Of a stretch of 64,000 nt of DNA, positions 60,644-64,000 are shown in pieces. How positions within the stretch are numbered: the first letter of the stretch is position 1; each line of letters begins with the position of its first letter. The DNA lies in the NCBI RefSeq assembly GCF_018350175.1, contig NC_058369.1, positions 17,300,001-17,364,000 on the forward strand, read 5' to 3'. This DNA comes from Felis catus. Its lineage: Eukaryota. The translations under genes and the position numbers were made by a program. The notes under the pieces are model-generated. The model was not told the DNA's origin and did not search any database. It worked only from the letters and a program-made list of their open reading frames with translations.

Positions 60644-62007
60644 CTCTCTGAATATGGTATTTTCAATTACTGTTAACAATGTAAATAACACATTTGAGAA
60701 AGTCTTAGATTATTATTACAAAGATAAAACAAAATTGAACAGGCAAATAGCACATATATACCCATATATTATAGAATAGTAAAATAATTGTGGCAAAATG
60801 TTATTCGTTGGTGAATCTGGAAAAACATACATAAGTTCCTTATTTGTTCTATTCTCTCAACATTTTTGTATCTTTGAAATTATTTCAAAATAAAAATTTC
60901 AGTAGTTCTATTTTCTATAAATAGAAAAAGCAACAGAAGAAAGCCAACTCCTCAGGCTTTCAGCCAACTCCAATTTTTATAATAAAATAGATTTAAATAT
61001 TCATATCCAGCTATATTAGGATGTCTTTGTACTAAATAGACAATAAAAGCCCACCAACCTTCCTAATCTGAAACTAAACAATCTTTGACATACCTAAAAT
61101 GGATGGGAGACTTTTTTTTAGGAGTTCATAGTTCTAATAATATTTGAAAACATGAAGCATTGCAGGTCTCGAGTGGGAAGGAAATTATGACTATGTGTTA
61201 AGTTTCTTTCTGGTTCACTGTAAAACAAACCAGCACACTGGTCTTAGAAATGTCCTAAGAGATCACATGATATGCTTCTTTTGCTTCAACTATAAATCCT
61301 GCCAGGTGCTTCCCACAGTGGACACAGGTGAAGGATGCCACTGTGAGGCCAGAGTACATCCTAGGTGAGCAGTCTTTTAGCTATAAACACTACACTGTTT
61401 TTAGTTGTTCCTTTTACCTCCTGTGACACTGAATTTACTACTATACCGAATGTACAGTTCCTAAAAAGCACGCGTCTCTATACTTCCTTTCTTAGTCTCC
61501 AAAGAGGTTGTTACATACTCTCCTCTCCAGCAGCCTCCATGCCAACATATAAGCTCTTACTTTACAGAAAAGAATATTCTTCAACTGCCCTTTCCTCTAC
61601 CACAAACTTACCTACATGAGTTCCTCATTACTTTTTTCTTACCTATTTATAAGTATAATCCTCCACTTTTATTTTTTTTATTTGAAAAAAAAAAAAAAGC
61701 TAAACCAGAGAATATGAGAAATACAGGTCATTCTCTTTTCCAAGGATACCACTTATGCAAGTATGTCCTTTCCTTCTCCCTTGCCATCCAGTCTTCCAAC
61801 CTCTGTGACTGGCTTTTTTTTATCCCTTCTCTCTTTACTTTTCCTCCTCTGGCTATAAGAATAATTAAATCTCTAGCATCTTTAAAACACAAACAAAACC
61901 CAAATTGTATTAAAGAAAAAAAAAAATCTCCCATAGAAGAATCTATGGATTAAAACAAATTTACATTCTAATTTCAAATAACTAGTTATTAAAAAACAAA
62001 CAAGTGA

Positions 62008-62210
62008 GAGGCACCTGGGTGTCTCAGTTGGTTGAGCATCTGACTTCAGCTCAGGTCATGATCTCACAGTTTGTGAATTTGAGCCCCACATTGGGGTCTG
62101 TGCTGACAGCTCAGAGCCTGTGTCTCCCTCCCTCTCTGCTCCTCCTCTGCTCACGTGTGCGTCTGTCTGTCTCTCAAAAATAAATAAACATCAAAAAATT
62201 TTTTTAAAAA
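62008..62210 (+). mobile_element. CanSINE
   Basis: ggcacctgggtgtctcagttgg head. Confidence 0.85.
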
Positions 62211-63430
62211 AATGAGACAACTGGGGAAAATATTGGTGAATGGAATACTGACTGGACATTTGATATTATGAATTGGTGTGTGTGTGAATGGTACTATAAT
62301 TATGTTTTTAAAAGGAATCATTTTTTAGAGATGTCTGAGATTTGCTTCAAAACAATATCTAGAGTTGGGCGGAGGGAGTATGGGAATAGATGAAGTAAAA
62401 CTGCCCAGGGAAAAATCCAATGAAGAGTCTCTGCCTCCAATCTGACCCTCTTCTTAAATAAAGAACTTGTTTATATTATTCCCTGGTTTAAAATTCTTCA
62501 ATGTTTCCCTGTAACCTACAGATTACAGGATAAATCTGTCTCACACAACATTCTGTACAAGTCAGTCTCAATTAATGTTTCAACATCATTAATCATCCAG
62601 TCCACCTTCATGCACCGCCTCCCCCCCCCCCAGCTAACCACACTATTCCTTCCTCACACCCCTCTATCATTTTACATAAGCTATTCTATGTATCTAGAAG
62701 AGTTTCCTTAGCTCCTCTCATAGTCGGACTGCCCAAGGTTTACTCATCCCTCCTTTTAGGATCCCCCCTCTAGGAAGTATCTCCATGTACCACCGTCTCT
62801 TATAAATTCAAGGCCCTCTCTCATGGCAGCGCATGCACACTCTTAAATGCCTGAATACAAATTTGGTTCGTTCACTCCATGGTTAGTCACATGAGAATAA
62901 GGACTGTGCCTCCCGAGTCCGTATTCCCAGCACTATATACTGTGCTTGACACCTACATGGTGCCCCGAAAATGGTTTTGTTGAATGAACAAATGACGGCA
63001 ATTTGGAGGGAAAGAAATCTATCTGGAGATACAAATACAGGCACCCTGCTGGGTTTTTCTTAAAGATACAACCTACAAATTAAATTCTACTTTTTGCAAT
63101 ACCTTTGTTCCACTTAATTTTATTCACATTATATCTTTGCTGAATATTAAAATCAGTGTATAATTTCCTTTTTCTAAATGTTCAGGGCCATTAAACAGTA
63201 GAAATTAACATTAAACTAAATCAGCTCATTCAAAGACTTCAATCTGCCTGGTCAGAGTAGGCCAAGACACTTGAGAGTAAAAGGAACAACTATTAATAAT
63301 TAGGTCAGAACAACAATTAACAATTAACAACGACTGTCATATACCTATGACATGATATATAGCAACCCTAATTAGAGGTATATAAAAACTAGGCTCTTCA
63401 GACAAAATAGGAATAAAAATATTTGCACCC

Positions 63431-63574
63431 AGGGCACCTGGGTGGCTCAGTCGGTTAAGCATCCAACTTCAGCTCAGGTCATGATCTCATAGTTCGTGAG
63501 TTTGAGCCCTGTGTTGGGCTCTGGGCTGACAGCTCAGAGCCTGGAGCCTGCTTCACATTCTGTGTGTGTGTGTG

Positions 63575-63622
<48 letters not shown>

Positions 63623-63700
63623 CCTCCCCCATTTGTTCCCTCCCTCCCTCCCTCCCTCCCTCCCTCTCTCTCAAAAATAAATATTAAAAAAAAATAAAAT
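63431..63700 (+). mobile_element. CanSINE with expanded (TG)n(TC)n
   Basis: SINE head, microsatellite body and A-tail. Confidence 0.9.
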
Positions 63701-64000
63701 GTCAGTAACTCACAATGAACTCCATCTCTATTTTCACATTGTTAAACGAGTTGGAAATATGTAAATATTTAAATTATGGCAGATATTAACAAGATTTTGG
63801 TTTAAAGCAAAACAACAACAACAACGATTTACAAGCAGCCACATACAAAATTCAACTGTGGTAGACATCACACATGAACATTACACCACATTTATGTCCA
63901 CACCCATAATGCAATGACTTCTACTCATTCTGCCCATTTCTTCCAAACAGCTCTGGATAACTGACATCCAGCTCTAAACTAAGGATGAAAACTACTTTAC

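Larger units (their letters stand above)
1..64000 (-). other. MAP4: MAP4 gene body (partial; both ends outside window)
   Basis: Ordered minus-strand GT-AG exons whose spliced translation matches the MAP4 projection domain and the start of the Pro-rich region (GSPT..KDM repeats..[11 protein letters not shown]). Confidence 0.98.

Overview
Eukaryotic (felid) genomic DNA, identified by dense Felidae-type CanSINEs and carnivore L1s. The whole window lies inside the MAP4 (microtubule-associated protein 4) gene on the minus strand. It holds the projection-domain exons equivalent to human exons 4-8 (including the KDM-repeat exon), the 3372-nt muscle-type cassette exon, the oMAP4-type alternative N-terminal exon, and the first exon of the Pro-rich region. 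The canonical start and the tubulin-binding repeats are outside the window. Beyond the ORF track I found two short frame-preserving candidate cassette exons (45 and 78 nt), an RBFOX/QKI motif cluster behind the giant exon, a perfect RFX X-box upstream of an orphan splice donor, a MEF2/TATA promoter plus a strong acceptor in front of the oMAP4-type exon, a disabled STMP1 retrocopy nested in an old L1, a perfect 92-bp tandem duplication and several nested or inverted TE structures. There is no prokaryotic-type system, CRISPR array or RNA gene. The best candidate for an undescribed system is the multi-promoter, all-phase-1 exon-swapping module of MAP4. Human comparisons are from recalled sequence and need checking. 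TE boundaries and subfamily names are approximate by-eye calls.
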